A DNA stretch of 64,000 nucleotides, taken from assembly GCF_057098645.1 (NCBI RefSeq), contig NZ_CM169472.1; one strand, 5' to 3'. Below the pieces are notes generated by a model. The model saw nothing but the letters and a program-made list of their open reading frames with translations. It searched no databases and was not told where the DNA came from. A program made the translations under genes and the position numbers. Below are positions 17,112-25,451 of this stretch, one piece after another (positions within the stretch are counted from its first letter, which is position 1; each line of letters starts with the position of its first letter).

Positions 17112-18388
17112 CAGTGAAATACTACGCCATTCTGACTAATCAGGGCGCAGCACGGCTGGCTAACGCGACGATGCTCGGCAGTAAGCTGAATCTGACGCAA
17201 ATGGCCGTTGGTGATGCGAATGGTGTCTTGCCGACACCAGACCCGGCACAGACAAAACTGATTAACCAGAAACGCATCGCGCCGCTGAATCTTCTGAGTG
17301 TTGACCCGAACAACCAGAGCCAGATTATTGCGGAGCAAATCATCCCTGAGAACGAGGGCGGATTCTGGATCCGTGAGATTGGGCTTTATGATGATGAAGG
17401 CGTACTCATTGCGGTGGCGAACTGCCCGGAAACGTACAAACCGCAGTTGCAGGAAGGCAGTGGTCGTACCCAGACTATCCGCATGATTCTGGTTGTCACG
17501 AATACCGAAGCTATTACGCTGAAAATCGACCCGTCGGTGGTACTGGCGACCCGTAAATACGTGGATGATGAAGTCCTGGAATTAAGGCTGTATGTGGATG
17601 ACCAGATGAGAAACCACATTGCCGCACAGGATCCTCATAGCCAGTATGCACAGAAACATAATCCGACATTTACCGGAGAACCAAAAGCGCCGACGCCTGC
17701 CGCAGGGAATAACACCACGCGGATTGCGACCACTGAGTTTGTTCAGGCCGCTATTACCGCTCTGATTAACGGTGCGCCAGCCACGCTGGACACACTGAAA
17801 GAAATTGCCGCAGCCATTAACAATGACCCGAAATTCAGTACCACCATTAACAATGCGCTGTCAGGTAAGCAGCCACTGGATGAGACGCTGACTCATTTGA
17901 GTGGAAAGGATGTTGCCGGTCTTCTCGCATACCTTGGTTTGGGAGAAGCGGCAAAACGGAATGTGGGCAACGGGGAAAACCAAATCCCTGATATGTCTTT
18001 CTGGACGGCTACTGGTGGCAATGGAAATTTTGTGATTCGTCAACCTGACGGGCTAATCATTCAGATGGTTACTGTAAGTATAAGCGGCCCAGTGGCGATG
18101 AATGGAATGACTGATAATGCTTATGCCATCACAGGTTCTAATAAGTCTTATATTGCCACAGCCACATTGCCCTTTGTATTTCCTAATAAGGTGCTGGGCG
18201 TTATCCCTCTGGTATCAACAACAGCCTATGGTGGTGTATCCAGTAATATTACAGGTTCATACGCGACGGCGGTTTGTTCTTTTGCCGCTGTCAGGGGGAA
18301 TAATACGATTGTGTTCAAAGTCGACAAACCACTGAATGCAGCCTTTCCTTCAGATACCAGCGTCTCAGCGTTAATCATTGGACGGTAA
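17108..18388 (+). CDS. H: Tail fibre protein gpH (constant N-terminus fused to the currently expressed variable C-terminus)
   Basis: 426 aa with the P2 H-like N-terminus MTVKYYAILTNQGAARLANA. An inversion crossover site lies inside the gene at 17922-17947 (codons LLAYLGLGE). Confidence 0.9.
   Translation: MTVKYYAILTNQGAARLANATMLGSKLNLTQMAVGDANGVLPTPDPAQTKLINQKRIAPLNLLSVDPNNQSQIIAEQIIPENEGGFWIREIGLYDDEGVLIAVANCPETYKPQLQEGSGRTQTIRMILVVTNTEAITLKIDPSVVLATRKYVDDEVLELRLYVDDQMRNHIAAQDPHSQYAQKHNPTFTGEPKAPTPAAGNNTTRIATTEFVQAAITALINGAPATLDTLKEIAAAINNDPKFSTTINNALSGKQPLDETLTHLSGKDVAGLLAYLGLGEAAKRNVGNGENQIPDMSFWTATGGNGNFVIRQPDGLIIQMVTVSISGPVAMNGMTDNAYAITGSNKSYIATATLPFVFPNKVLGVIPLVSTTAYGGVSSNITGSYATAVCSFAAVRGNNTIVFKVDKPLNAAFPSDTSVSALIIGR
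17922..17947 (+). repeat. 26-bp invertase crossover site (gix/cix/pix-like), left
   Basis: TTCTCGCATACCTTGGTTTGGGAGAA. Its reverse complement shares TTCTCCCAAACCAA and the central TT with the site at 22512-22537. It fits the Hin/Gin-family site pattern TTC..N..AAACC..GGTTT..GAA. Confidence 0.8.
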
Positions 18389-18390
18389 GA

Positions 18391-18795
18391 ATGAACTCAG
18401 TATTCTTTTCACCCGGAAGTAAAAGTTTTTATCTGCAAGAATTGTTTCCAGAATATGAGGATGCGGGAACGCTTCCTGATGATGTTATTGAAATTACCCG
18501 AGAAACATATGAGCAATTTCTTGGGCTGCATCCAGAAGGGAAAGAAATTGGCGCTGACAGTTCAGGACGGCCAATATGGATTAATTCCCCGCCGCCTTCA
18601 AAAGAGGATGAGGTGCTGGCGGCTGAAATGAAAAAAATATCTTTGGTTTCAGAAGTCAATACCTACATCAATACCCATCAGTGGCCTGGCAAAGCTGCTA
18701 TTGGTCGTCTGAAAGGTGACGAGCTGGAACAATATAATTTATGGCTGGATTATCTGGACGCACTGGAACTGGTTGATACCTCCAGTGCTCCAGAT
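18391..18795 (+). pseudogene. G: Tail fibre assembly chaperone gpG, 5' part (135 codons), interrupted by an IS
   Basis: The reading frame ends ...LVDTSSAPD at the IS boundary. The supplied ORF continues into IS sequence. Confidence 0.85.
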
Positions 18796-18854
18796 TGCGT
18801 ATTCCGCTCTATTCGATCACGGATTGGCATCGAAGTCCGATCAGCGATTCGCAT
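18796..18854. repeat. IS21-family istB-proximal terminal repeat block
   Basis: TCGATCACGGATTGGCAT (18813-18830) and CCGATCAGCGATTCGCAT (18837-18854) are inverted copies of the ATGCCAA-N-TGATCGA motif found at the other end. Confidence 0.7.
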
Positions 18855-18894
18855 CCATTCGATCAACCGGGAACTTAACTTTTTCTACCGCTTT

Positions 18895-19650
18895 TTAACG
18901 CGTTTTTTCGCTGCTTTCCACTACCGGGGGATTTTTCCTCAGTGACTCTCCCTGAAGGACCACTCGGTGTGAGTTATGTACCAGTCTGTCCAGGATGGCA
19001 TCTGCTGTTGTTGGGTTCTCCATCAGACCATGCCATTTATCTACCGGGAACTGGCTTACCACTATCGTGCTGCTTTGTCCGTAACGATCCTCTATGAGCT
19101 CCAGAAGGTCATTACACTGGGCGTTACTTAACTGTTCCAGCCCCAGATCGTCCAGGATTAGAACCTGTATTTTTTGCAACTGTTTCAGATATTTCAGCCA
19201 GCTGCCATCAACACGTCCCTGAGCCAGTTGTTCCAGTAATCGCCCGGTTCTACAGTACCGGACGCTGTGTTTCTGTCGACATGCCTGTTCGCCCAGCGCA
19301 TTGGCTATCCAGCTCTTGCCACATCCTGTCGGACCGGTTATCAGCAGGTTTTTCCTGTGGGTTATGTAGTGGCCGTTCAGCAGTTCTCTCATCTGTTCAG
19401 CCCGCAGACCTCTTGAGGCCGGATAGCGCAGCCCTTCCGGTGTTGCCTGGTATTTCAGGCCGGCATTTTTTCTCAACCGTGCCACACGGCTGTTTTCCCT
19501 GCTCAGAAGCTCGTCATCAACCAGCAGCGTCAGCCTTTCCTCGAACGACAGTTCGTCGTAGGTCTGAGGCGTTTCCCGCTGCCGTATCAGGCTCCCGGCC
19601 ATCGCCGGGAGTTTCAGTTGGGTCAGTTTGTTTAACAGGTTATCACTCAT
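18895..19650 (-). CDS. istB: IS21-family helper ATPase IstB
   Basis: The start at MSDNLLNKLTQLKLPAM is preceded by AAGGAA. The product is 251 aa with Walker A GPTGCGKSW and Walker B VLILDDLG. Confidence 0.88.
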   Translation of the reverse strand: MSDNLLNKLTQLKLPAMAGSLIRQRETPQTYDELSFEERLTLLVDDELLSRENSRVARLRKNAGLKYQATPEGLRYPASRGLRAEQMRELLNGHYITHRKNLLITGPTGCGKSWIANALGEQACRQKHSVRYCRTGRLLEQLAQGRVDGSWLKYLKQLQKIQVLILDDLGLEQLSNAQCNDLLELIEDRYGQSSTIVVSQFPVDKWHGLMENPTTADAILDRLVHNSHRVVLQGESLRKNPPVVESSEKTR

Positions 19651-19666
19651 ACTGTTGTTCCTTCTG

Positions 19667-21202
19667 TCAGTGGTAGTAGCCCGGACCACGCAGGTTTTCA
19701 TGCTCTGAAGCATATGCCGGATGTTGTTCGCCCTGGCGGGATAATGGAAGCTCCAGGTTCTCCCGATGGTGACGCAGCAGATTGTCGATAAAGCGTCTGT
19801 CAGGGGCGTTATAGTGCAGGGCAACGTAACAGGCCTTTTCCAGCCGTTCCGGGCCGTATTTTTTCTGAAGTGCCAGCAGCCCCAGAACTGCACGATAAGC
19901 CAGTTCCGGATGGGGTTTTGCCTTCAGCATGGATTCAACCACCCGGCCTGTGGACGGGCCCGTACGTTTTCCCTGCTCGATCAGGCGTTCCGGTGTCCAT
20001 GTCCCGTGCTGCCGGTGGCGCTCTGGCATGTGAAGCGGATTGGTTGTGTGTTTATATTCATGTGTGCTGCGCGGATGTTGCGCCACACACTGCCCCTTGT
20101 GCCAGAGCTGTACCACCGACTGCCCCGCCTTCAGTGACAGACGCTGACCGACCAGTTCGTGTGGAACGGAGTACCAGTGACGGGCATATTCAACGTGGTA
20201 GTCAGGGCCAACCTTCACAGCTTTGTATTCCGTGTATTCATAAGGTGCCAGAGGCAGCGGAGAGAGTGCTGGCGCATCCAGTATGCGGAAGCGTTCTGCA
20301 CGGGTTTGATTGCCGTACCCCTTCATTGGCCGGTTATTCATGTCTGTCAGTAACTCCCTAAGGCGCGCATTCAGCGCCCTGAGCGTGTGGAAGGTTTCAT
20401 TACGGATGCGGGCAAGAAGCCATCGTTCAACGATGAGGACGCCGTTTTCTGCTTTTGGTTTATCTTTAGGTTTGCGTGGTCGGGCCGGGATGATAACCGT
20501 GCCATAGTGCTCAGCCAGTGCCTGATAACTGTCGTTGATGACAGGCTCATATCGATCGGCCTTTTTCACTGCGCTTCTGAGGTTATCGGGGATGAGCAGC
20601 TTCGGTACGCCGCCCAGGAAGGTCAGGCAACGGCTGTGGGCATTTAACCATGACATCATGTCCTGACCTTCGCACGCTTCAACGTAGGTATAGTTGGACG
20701 CCCCCATTACGGCCACGAAGATTGCCACGCGGCGTATCTCACCGGTGTCCGGATTAATAACAGGAACCGTAGGACCACAGAAGTCGATAAAAAGCTTTTC
20801 GCCGGCACGATGCTCCTGGCGCATGGAGAGACGTCGCGTTTTTTTCCACTCCCGGTAGCAACGGCAGAAGTGCGAGTATCCCATCGCTTTGTTACCCGCC
20901 TGTGCCTTGTATTCCATCCACAACAGTTGCCGCGTCACACCTGGTTTTCTCATTTCCGTATCGAAGTACAACATGTCAGGCATTACAAGCTCTGATGCAA
21001 AGGTGTCTTTGGGCGGAAAAATGAGTTTCTCCAGCGTGTCATGGGATATATCAGCAGGTAATGGCCATGACAGAGAAGAGGCTTTGAAGCGGGCAAGAAC
21101 CTCAAAAACGGTTGAGGCGCTGATGTGTAACGTCAGTCCGATACAACGGTTAGTCAGCTTCTTGTCGAACTTGAGCTGAAGGATCTTAAAACAGGTTTCC
21201 AT
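19667..21202 (-). CDS. istA: IS21-family transposase IstA
   Basis: The start at METCFKILQLKF is preceded by AGGAG. The product is 511 aa with an N-terminal HTH-like region and a DDE-type core. Its stop lies 16 nt before the istB start. Confidence 0.85.
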   Translation of the reverse strand: METCFKILQLKFDKKLTNRCIGLTLHISASTVFEVLARFKASSLSWPLPADISHDTLEKLIFPPKDTFASELVMPDMLYFDTEMRKPGVTRQLLWMEYKAQAGNKAMGYSHFCRCYREWKKTRRLSMRQEHRAGEKLFIDFCGPTVPVINPDTGEIRRVAIFVAVMGASNYTYVEACEGQDMMSWLNAHSRCLTFLGGVPKLLIPDNLRSAVKKADRYEPVINDSYQALAEHYGTVIIPARPRKPKDKPKAENGVLIVERWLLARIRNETFHTLRALNARLRELLTDMNNRPMKGYGNQTRAERFRILDAPALSPLPLAPYEYTEYKAVKVGPDYHVEYARHWYSVPHELVGQRLSLKAGQSVVQLWHKGQCVAQHPRSTHEYKHTTNPLHMPERHRQHGTWTPERLIEQGKRTGPSTGRVVESMLKAKPHPELAYRAVLGLLALQKKYGPERLEKACYVALHYNAPDRRFIDNLLRHHRENLELPLSRQGEQHPAYASEHENLRGPGYYH

Positions 21203-21306
21203 AGTGCTCCTGGATTTTCTCTTTCTGGACATTGACGTCTCCACTGGTTTAAACACGGCAATGGAGACTGTGGTGAAAAGAGTTAATTCCCGGAGTGACT
21301 GGCAGG

Positions 21307-21434
21307 ATGCCAATCAATGATCGGAAGCATGCCAAATCGTGATCGATTGTGATGCCAAACTGTGATCGGAGATGGATGCCAAATCATGATCGATTCGAAT
21401 GCCAAACTGCGATCGATTCAGATGCCATTTTGCA
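21307..21434. repeat. IS21-family istA-proximal terminal repeat array (six phased copies)
   Basis: ATGCCAA(A/T)NNNTGATCG(A/G)-like copies start at 21307, 21329, 21352, 21376 and 21399. A terminal half copy starts at 21422. Spacing is 22-24 bp. Confidence 0.8.
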
Positions 21435-21440
21435 CCAGAT

Positions 21441-21479
21441 ATTGAATGGCCTACGCCTCCGGTAGTTCAGGCCAGATGA
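21441..21479 (+). pseudogene. G: Tail fibre assembly chaperone gpG, 3' remnant (12 codons plus stop)
   Basis: After the target duplication the G frame continues IEWPTPPVVQAR*. This parallels the ...APDVIWPELPEA* end of the inverted paralogue. Confidence 0.75.
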
Positions 21480-22056
21480 CATCCGGCGCGGTGCTGATAT
21501 CTGTTGCAGTCACCGCGTCAATGTAATCCAGCACAGCGTTAAGCCGGGTTGTTTCTGCCTGCGTCAGCTTCCGCCCGGCCTGCAATTTCAGCTGAATCAG
21601 ACTAATGGAAGCCATAGCCGCATCAATCAGTGACTGGCGCCGTACTTCTGCCGCGTCTACTGCGGCGTTATGCTGTGCCTCAGTGTCGGTCACCCATTTC
21701 TCACCATCCCATTTATCGTATGACGTTAACGGGGCGATAGTGGTTGTATTTTCAGGGTAATCACCCGGAACTGTGATTTCTTTTGATTCTCCTGTTTCGG
21801 TGCTATAGACGATTTCACCGCGATGGTCTGGCACATATTCCCATGAGTTAAAATCTGCAGAACGGCAAATTGCATAACCAGCTTTATATGAGCCAGGAGC
21901 ATCTAAACAGGAACATGCCGGGATACCGACACCCACAGCAAGATATTCAGTTGATGTGGAAATATATTCCCGTGTTTCACCATCATAATTATAAACGGTA
22001 ATGTCTCCGGCCTTTGTGGCGATGAGTTCATTATTTAATACAGCTTTACTTATCAT
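21451..22056 (-). CDS. Alternative tail fibre assembly chaperone (G'), intact, inverted orientation
   Basis: 201-aa ORF with a C-terminus (QAETTRLNAVLDYIDAVTATDISTAPDVIWPELPEA) typical of Tfa/U-type chaperones. It is convergent with and overlaps the G 3' end. Confidence 0.85.
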   Translation of the reverse strand: MISKAVLNNELIATKAGDITVYNYDGETREYISTSTEYLAVGVGIPACSCLDAPGSYKAGYAICRSADFNSWEYVPDHRGEIVYSTETGESKEITVPGDYPENTTTIAPLTSYDKWDGEKWVTDTEAQHNAAVDAAEVRRQSLIDAAMASISLIQLKLQAGRKLTQAETTRLNAVLDYIDAVTATDISTAPDVIWPELPEA

Positions 22057-22537
22057 GCAGCCCTCACAATATAATTAAAGGCGATGTTACGGGAGCGGGT
22101 TTCAGATGCTGTGCGAACTGAGCGAGATGCGTCGAATGTCCAGTTATAAGCGCCATAACCCTCAATAATTTCGGCTTCCTTTAGACCTGTAGATAATACT
22201 TGCCCATGTTGACTAAATGGCCCTGAACTAAGTACGTCTCTAAAAAGCTGGGTACGCCCAAAAGAACCAACAATATTCTGAATTGCATCATTCTGTGCAG
22301 ATAATAAGTTACGACCAGAGTCAATCCCGCGCCCATCATCCCAGCCACGAATAAATTCACCGCGTAAATCTGGTAATTTTAATGTTGGGTAAGCCTTTGC
22401 CAGATTTGGGTACTTTTCAGAAGAAAATACTGCTCCGTTACATTTTAGCCACCCCATTGGCGGAGTGGCTGAAGGCCACGGAACAGGCACACCAACCGGT
22501 AATGCAGAGCCTTCTCCCAAACCAACGTTTAAGAAAA
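22053..22537 (-). CDS. Promoterless alternative tail-fibre C-terminal cassette (H'), expressed only after inversion
   Basis: The frame is continuous from the crossover site (FLNVGLGE) through a tail-collar-like domain (PVPWPSATPPMGWLKCNG). It is in the same codon phase as the site inside H. The ATG of the supplied ORF is not a real start. Confidence 0.8.
22512..22537 (-). repeat. 26-bp invertase crossover site (gix/cix/pix-like), right
   Basis: The plus strand reads TTCTCCCAAACCAACGTTTAAGAAAA. It is inverted relative to 17922-17947 and lies 55 nt upstream of the invertase start codon. Confidence 0.8.
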
Positions 22538-22592
22538 TGCAGAGATTATGTCTAACTGGCATCATCTCCGGTTTTTATTCAGGGGGATGCTC

Positions 22593-23186
22593 ATGCTTAT
22601 TGGCTATGTACGCGTGTCAACAAATGACCAGAACACGGAATTGCAGCGTAATGCGCTGGAGTGCGCAGGATGTGAGCTGATTTTTGAGGACAAAATCAGC
22701 GGCACGAAGTCCGACAGGCCGGGGCTGAAAAAACTGCTCAGAACATTATCGGAAGGTGACACTCTGGTTGTCTGGAAGCTGGACAGGCTGGGGCGTAGTA
22801 TGCGGCATCTGGTCATTCTGGTTGAGGAACTGCGCGAACGCGGCGTTAATTTTCGCAGCCTGACGGATGCTATTGATACCAGCACGCCGATGGGGCGTTT
22901 TTTCTTTCATGTGATGGGTGCCCTGGCTGAAATGGAGCGAGAACTCATTGTCGAGCGGACACGCGCCGGACTGGAAGCGGCCAGAGCCAAAGGTCGTATT
23001 GGTGGCAGACGACCGAAACTCACCGCGAGTGAGTGGGAGCAGGCCGGGCGTTTGCTGGCTGCAGGGGAGTCACGTCAACGCGTGGCACTGATTTTTGATA
23101 TTGGTCTGTCCACGCTCTATAAAAAATTTCCCTCATCAGCGACAAAGAATAAATTGTGTCATCCCTTAGCCAACCGGGACAAATAG
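22593..23186 (+). CDS. Serine DNA invertase (Hin/Gin/Pin/Cin family)
   Basis: The start at MLIGYVRVSTNDQNTELQRNAL is preceded by AGGGGG. The product is 197 aa and closely resembles e14 Pin and Mu Gin as I recall them, including the catalytic Ser in YVRVST and the C-terminal HTH. Confidence 0.92.
   Translation: MLIGYVRVSTNDQNTELQRNALECAGCELIFEDKISGTKSDRPGLKKLLRTLSEGDTLVVWKLDRLGRSMRHLVILVEELRERGVNFRSLTDAIDTSTPMGRFFFHVMGALAEMERELIVERTRAGLEAARAKGRIGGRRPKLTASEWEQAGRLLAAGESRQRVALIFDIGLSTLYKKFPSSATKNKLCHPLANRDK
23155..23172. promoter_or_regulatory. Late-promoter partial dyad TGT-N12-cCA upstream of FI
   Basis: TGTGTCATCCCTTAGCCA lies 74-91 nt upstream of the FI ATG and has the same pattern as 6880-6897. 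Confidence 0.4.
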
Positions 23187-23245
23187 CCTGACATCTCCGG
23201 CACAACTGAAAATATCACTCACCCATTAACCACGGAGTTAAACGG

Positions 23246-24436
23246 ATGAGTGACTATCATCACGGCGTGCAGGTGCTGGAGATTAACGACGGCACCCGCG
23301 TCATTTCCACCGTATCCACGGCCATTGTCGGCATGGTCTGCACGGCCAGCGATGCAGATGCGGAAACCTTCCCCCTCAATAAACCGGTGCTGATTACCAA
23401 TGTGCAGAGCGCAATTGCAAAGGCCGGTAAAAAAGGCACGCTGGCGGCGTCGTTACAGGCCATCGCTGACCAGTCAAAACCGGTCACCGTTGTTGTGCGC
23501 GTGGAAGACGGCACCGGCGACGACGAAGAAACGAAACTTGCGCAGACCGTTTCCAATATCATCGGCACCACCGACGAAAACGGTCAGTACACCGGACTGA
23601 AAGCCCTGCTGGCGGCGGAGTCGGTAACCGGTGTTAAACCGCGTATTCTCGGCGTGCCGGGACTGGATACCAAAGAGGTGGCTGTTGCACTGGCATCAGT
23701 CTGTCAGAAGCTGCGCGCTTTCGGGTATATCAGCGCATGGGGCTGTAAAACCATTTCCGAGGTGAAAGCCTACCGCCAGAATTTCAGCCAGCGTGAGCTG
23801 ATGGTCATCTGGCCGGATTTCCTCGCATGGGATACGGTCGCCAGTACCACTGCCACCGCGTATGCCACCGCCCGTGCACTGGGGCTGCGTGCCAAAATCG
23901 ACCAGGAGCAGGGCTGGCATAAAACGCTGTCCAATGTCGGGGTGAACGGTGTTACCGGCATCAGCGCGTCCGTATTCTGGGATTTGCAGGAGTCCGGCAC
24001 CGATGCTGACCTGCTTAACGAGTCAGGCGTCACAACGCTGATTCGCCGTGACGGTTTCCGCTTCTGGGGTAACCGTACCTGCTCTGATGACCCGCTGTTC
24101 CTCTTTGAAAACTACACCCGCACCGCGCAGGTGCTGGCCGACACGATGGCTGAGGCGCACATGTGGGCGGTGGACAAGCCCATCACCGCAACGCTGATTC
24201 GCGACATCGTTGACGGCATCAATGCCAAATTCCGTGAGCTGAAAACAAACGGCTATATCGTGGATGCGGCCTGCTGGTTCAGCGAAGAATCCAACGATGC
24301 GGAAACCCTCAAGGCCGGAAAACTGTATATCGACTACGACTATACACCGGTGCCTCCTCTCGAAAACCTGACCCTGCGCCAGCGTATTACCGATAAATAC
24401 CTGGCAAATCTGGTCACTTCGGTTAACAGCAATTAA
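23246..24436 (+). CDS. FI: Contractile tail sheath protein gpFI
   Basis: 396-aa ORF starting MSDYHHGVQVLEINDGTRVI, of the P2 FI length and in its position. Confidence 0.93.
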   Translation: MSDYHHGVQVLEINDGTRVISTVSTAIVGMVCTASDADAETFPLNKPVLITNVQSAIAKAGKKGTLAASLQAIADQSKPVTVVVRVEDGTGDDEETKLAQTVSNIIGTTDENGQYTGLKALLAAESVTGVKPRILGVPGLDTKEVAVALASVCQKLRAFGYISAWGCKTISEVKAYRQNFSQRELMVIWPDFLAWDTVASTTATAYATARALGLRAKIDQEQGWHKTLSNVGVNGVTGISASVFWDLQESGTDADLLNESGVTTLIRRDGFRFWGNRTCSDDPLFLFENYTRTAQVLADTMAEAHMWAVDKPITATLIRDIVDGINAKFRELKTNGYIVDAACWFSEESNDAETLKAGKLYIDYDYTPVPPLENLTLRQRITDKYLANLVTSVNSN

Positions 24437-24448
24437 GGAGCCTGACCG

Positions 24449-24967
24449 ATGGCAATGCCGCGCAAACTCAAGTTAATGAACGTCTTTCTGAACGGCTACA
24501 GCTATCAGGGCGTCGCGAAGTCCGTCACGCTGCCAAAACTGACCCGTAAGCTCGAAAACTATCGCGGTGCGGGGATGAACGGCAGCGCACCGGTAGACCT
24601 CGGCCTTGATGACGATGCGCTGTCAATGGAGTGGTCGCTCGGTGGCTTCCCGGATTCGGTTATCTGGGAGCTTTACGCCGCAACCGGTGTGGATGCCGTA
24701 CCGATTCGTTTTGCAGGCTCTTACCAGCGCGACGATACCGGCGAAACGGTGGCCGTCGAGGTGGTCATGCGTGGACGTCAGAAAGAAATCGACACCGGCG
24801 AGGGTAAACAGGGAGAAGACACCGAGTCGAAAATCTCCGTGGTCTGCACCTATTTCCGGCTGACGATGGACGGTAAGGAGCTGGTCGAAATCGACACCAT
24901 CAACATGATTGAGAAGGTGAACGGCGTCGACCGGCTGGAGCAACACCGCCGCAATATCGGCCTGTGA
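24449..24967 (+). CDS. FII: Tail tube protein gpFII
   Basis: 172-aa ORF directly after FI. Confidence 0.92.
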   Translation: MAMPRKLKLMNVFLNGYSYQGVAKSVTLPKLTRKLENYRGAGMNGSAPVDLGLDDDALSMEWSLGGFPDSVIWELYAATGVDAVPIRFAGSYQRDDTGETVAVEVVMRGRQKEIDTGEGKQGEDTESKISVVCTYFRLTMDGKELVEIDTINMIEKVNGVDRLEQHRRNIGL

Positions 24968-25023
24968 TTTTCATCCGGTCAGCCTGGCTGACCGGTTAAC
25001 CCCGATTCATAAGTGAGAAAACC

Positions 25024-25299
25024 ATGAACAAAGAAAATGTGATTACCCTGGACAATCCGGTCAAACGTGGTGAGCAGGTTATCGAACAGGTCACGCTGAT
25101 GAAACCCAGTGCCGGGACGCTGCGCGGTGTCAGTCTGGCAGCGGTCGCAAACTCCGAAGTCGATGCACTGATTAAGGTGTTGCCGCGCATGACGGCACCG
25201 ATGCTGACCGAGCAGGAAGTCGCCGCACTGGAACTGCCTGACCTTGTGGCGCTGGCCGGTAAGGTGGTCGGTTTTTTGTCGCCGAACTCGGTGCAGTGA
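25024..25299 (+). CDS. E: Tail assembly chaperone gpE
   Basis: 91-aa ORF that contains the slippery heptamer near its 3' end. Confidence 0.9.
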   Translation: MNKENVITLDNPVKRGEQVIEQVTLMKPSAGTLRGVSLAAVANSEVDALIKVLPRMTAPMLTEQEVAALELPDLVALAGKVVGFLSPNSVQ

Positions 25300-25451
25300 C
25301 GTTTCCGAAAAATCTCTCGGTCGATGACCTGATGGCGGATGTGGCAGTGATATTTCACTGGCCGCCATCAGAACTGTATCCCATGAGCCTGACCGAACTC
25401 ATCACATGGCGCGAAAAGGCGCTCCGGCGAAGCGGAAACACGAATGAGTAA
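25024..25451 (+). CDS. E': Tail assembly chaperone gpE+E' (-1 programmed frameshift product)
   Basis: After a -1 slip at T TTT TTG, the frame reads VAELGAVTFPKNLSVDDLMADVAVIFHWPPSELYPMSLTELITWREKALRRSGNTNE* and stops at 25449-25451. Confidence 0.85.
25272..25278 (+). promoter_or_regulatory. -1 frameshift slippery heptamer T TTT TTG
   Basis: The heptamer is phased X XXY YYZ in the E frame (GGT TTT TTG). This is the known P2 E/E' mechanism. Confidence 0.85.

Larger units (their letters stand above)
18796..21434 (-). mobile_element. IS21-family insertion sequence (istA-istB), 2639 bp
   Basis: TG...CA termini, with a flanking 6-bp direct repeat CCAGAT (18790-18795 and 21435-21440). It encodes two tandem genes of IstA and IstB type. 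Multiple subterminal repeats are present at both ends. Confidence 0.88.

Noticed and set aside
19651-19893. Upstream extensions of istB (to 332 aa) and istA (21203-21313, to 548 aa) in the ORF track
   Set aside because: Better starts exist with good Shine-Dalgarno sequences: AAGGAA before MSDNLL and AGGAG before METCFK. The istA extension would begin inside the terminal repeat array.
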